Shown here in pieces: positions 30,373 through 32,000 of a DNA stretch of 32,000 bases. Origin of the DNA: Candidatus Pacearchaeota archaeon (lineage in GTDB: Archaea; Nanobdellota; Nanobdellia; Pacearchaeales; UBA284). The first letter of the stretch is position 1, and the number at the start of each line of letters is the position of its first letter. The stretch is from contig CP061211.1 in assembly GCA_026016245.1 (NCBI GenBank), forward strand, positions 390,001 to 422,000, in the 5' to 3' direction. The notes under the pieces were generated by a model. It did no database searches and was not told the DNA's origin. It was given only the letters and a program-made list of their open reading frames with translations. A program made the translations under genes and the position numbers.

Positions 30373-31509
30373 TTATATAGCTTCCAAGGATGCTTCACAG
30401 ATTTTTATATATTTATTCATGATTTTATCCCAATGTAAATAGCTTTTTATTTGTTCTCTAGTTCCTTCTTTTATTTTTAAACTAGTGGTTTCTATAATTT
30501 TGTTTAAAACTTTTTCTGCTGAACTGAAATCCTCTAATACCAAATTTGTTAGCCCAAGATCTCTAAATATTTCTGATACCCCCATATTTTCACTAACCAA
30601 TGCAGGAGTTCCTGTTGCAATAGCTTCCAGAGACACATTGCCATATGTTTCAAAGTGAGAAGGACATACTATTACTGTCATTTTCATGAAAAATTGCCTT
30701 AATTTATAAGTACTCATCTCTGGGACTATCTCTATATCTCTATCTTCTAATTTCTTTCTTATTTCTTTATCTTTTTTTATTTCTGACACTGCTAAAATAT
30801 GATAGTTACTGCTCTTTTTATCTAATGCTCTTGCTAAGGATATAAGAAATTCTATATTTTTTATTGGATGGGCTCTGCCTACAAATCCTATTGAATTCTT
30901 TTTTTTAGTAATACATTCCTCTTTGAAAAATTCTGGGGCTACACCATTGGGGATGACTATAGAATTCTTGATTTTCCTTCTGAATATTTTTTCTATTTCT
31001 CTCTTAGTAAGTTTTGAAGGGAAAACATAGAAATTATTTGGCCTATCAAAATCCAGTTCTATCTGTTTAAACAGGTGTAATAGGGGGGCTGGAGTACCCG
31101 CCTCTTCTTTTGTTAAAATTCCTGCATAATTAACTATTGTTGGTTTATTAAGGTTTTTTGATGCTTTATATATCATCCAAGGAGCATAGAATGTTCCTTC
31201 AGACAATACCACATCTATTCTTTCATCTTTCATTATTTCTTGAATTTCTTTTATAGTAGGTTTAAGTCTTCTTTCCAAATCATTAATATCCCTAAGTCCC
31301 CTATAAATATCCATCGAACAATTTACTCCTTTTCCGACAGTAAGGTGATAAATCTTCACAGAGCCTCTTTCTTCTATTTTAGGTTTTTCTTTTGTTATGC
31401 CTATGACTACTAATGGGATTCCTTTTTCTTCACAATAGCGAATCATTTCATTAGCTCTTCTCGCTATCCCCCCTCCAGAATGTAAATTTGTGTTTGTTAA
31501 GATTCTCAT
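30373..31509 (-). CDS. Glycosyltransferase, GT-B fold, GT4-like family
   Basis: N-terminus MRILTNTNLHSGGGIARRANEM. C-terminal donor-binding motif VCPSHFETYGNVSLEAIATGTPALVSENMGVSE (E..G....EA.A.G.P). The tracked start at 31524 is TTG. I prefer the ATG at 31509, but the TATA-like box near 31553..31565 leaves the TTG possible. Confidence 0.8.
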   Translation of the reverse strand: MRILTNTNLHSGGGIARRANEMIRYCEEKGIPLVVIGITKEKPKIEERGSVKIYHLTVGKGVNCSMDIYRGLRDINDLERRLKPTIKEIQEIMKDERIDVVLSEGTFYAPWMIYKASKNLNKPTIVNYAGILTKEEAGTPAPLLHLFKQIELDFDRPNNFYVFPSKLTKREIEKIFRRKIKNSIVIPNGVAPEFFKEECITKKKNSIGFVGRAHPIKNIEFLISLARALDKKSSNYHILAVSEIKKDKEIRKKLEDRDIEIVPEMSTYKLRQFFMKMTVIVCPSHFETYGNVSLEAIATGTPALVSENMGVSEIFRDLGLTNLVLEDFSSAEKVLNKIIETTSLKIKEGTREQIKSYLHWDKIMNKYIKICEASLEAI

Positions 31510-31623
31510 GTTATTATTGACCAAAAAACCTGTGGAGTATCAAAAAGGTAATTCTTTAAAAATTTTTCCTAAAAAACATGGCTTTGCTACCACCTGGGAA
31601 CAAAATTAAACAAATTCAAATAA

Positions 31624-32000
31624 CTAAACCAAAGTTTCTTGTTTTTCAGTCTCAATTATTGCTTCTCCATACTGGCCATCAAAACCTGGTTTTACTTTAA
31701 TTTTCTCCCCTCTATTTTTCAAGATAGCAGATGCAATTTTATCTGTTGTTATCTTTCTTAAATCTTCTACTGGAACATTTAGAAGAATATTATATTCGTC
31801 TTTGAATTTATCTATCAATTTATTATATTCAGCCCATACTTTTTTAGTTGACATTGCTGAATTAAGTAGCTTAGAGAGAATTTCATGTAAAGGTAATAAG
31901 GTATAGAACTTTACAGCTTCTTTTGGTTTGTATCCTTTTTTTCTGTCTGCCAGCTCTTCAACTCTATGTTCTACACCTATTGTTAATGGCTTCTTACATA
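31624..32000 (-). CDS. Endonuclease Q-like (PHP-associated, TIGR00375-type) protein, C-terminal part; N-terminus lies beyond the window edge
   Basis: The frame of the tracked 76-aa ORF stays open upstream to position 32000. My translation is ...CKKPLTIGVEHRVEELADRKKGYKPKEAVKFYTLLPLHEILSKLLNSAMSTKKVWAEYNKLIDKFKDEYNILLNVPVEDLRKITTDKIASAILKNRGEKIKVKPGFDGQYGEAII.... As I recall the family, the GV..RV.ELAD, PL.EI and PG(F/Y)DG.YG segments match the EndoQ C-terminal region. Confidence 0.6.
   Translation of the reverse strand, partial: CKKPLTIGVEHRVEELADRKKGYKPKEAVKFYTLLPLHEILSKLLNSAMSTKKVWAEYNKLIDKFKDEYNILLNVPVEDLRKITTDKIASAILKNRGEKIKVKPGFDGQYGEAIIETEKQETLV

Noticed and set aside
1-32000. A search for CRISPR arrays, rRNA genes, transposases, prophage or capsid genes, and introns in the tRNAs
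   Set aside because: No regularly spaced direct repeats, rRNA-like conserved segments or recognisable mobile-element or viral hallmark proteins were seen. Both tRNAs fold without introns.

Overview
Visibly AT-rich, very gene-dense window with tiny or 1-nt intergenic gaps, from an archaeon. The archaeal assignment rests on PCNA, an archaeo-eukaryotic primase, ribosomal protein eS17, Alba, the Bud32/KEOPS kinase, an archaeal-type ProRS and an EndoQ-like gene. The single-polypeptide PriS+PriL-CTD primase, the compactness and the surface-protein load suggest a DPANN-type reduced genome; that is inference. The layout has three parts. (1) 1-4680 holds a secreted Cys-rich protein, a pilin-like protein, PCNA, an unknown ORF and the fused primase. 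(2) 4687-21264 is a ~17-kb cell-envelope island. It contains two paralogous secreted alpha/alpha-toroid-like proteins with Cys-rich repeat stalks, an LTD surface protein, and a beta-rich gene interrupted by an in-frame TAG. It also contains a 2151-aa protein with about 120 N-glycosylation sequons and an embedded LTD, plus a translationally coupled CARDB protein that has a membrane anchor. (3) 21245-32000 starts with a compact minus-strand cluster: HTH protein, PIN-like protein and AmrS-type radical SAM, then a pseudo-receiver protein and an unknown. After it come proS, a small Cys-rich protein, bud32, rps17e, albA, two tRNAs, a lipobox-SNase-LTD nuclease, an AlkD-like repair protein, a GT4 glycosyltransferase and a partial EndoQ-like gene. 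I saw no rRNA, CRISPR array, transposase, integrase or reverse transcriptase. Several ORF-track starts are TTG extensions. I re-called them to internal ATGs that sit about 25 nt downstream of TATA-like boxes or 1 nt after the upstream stop codon.
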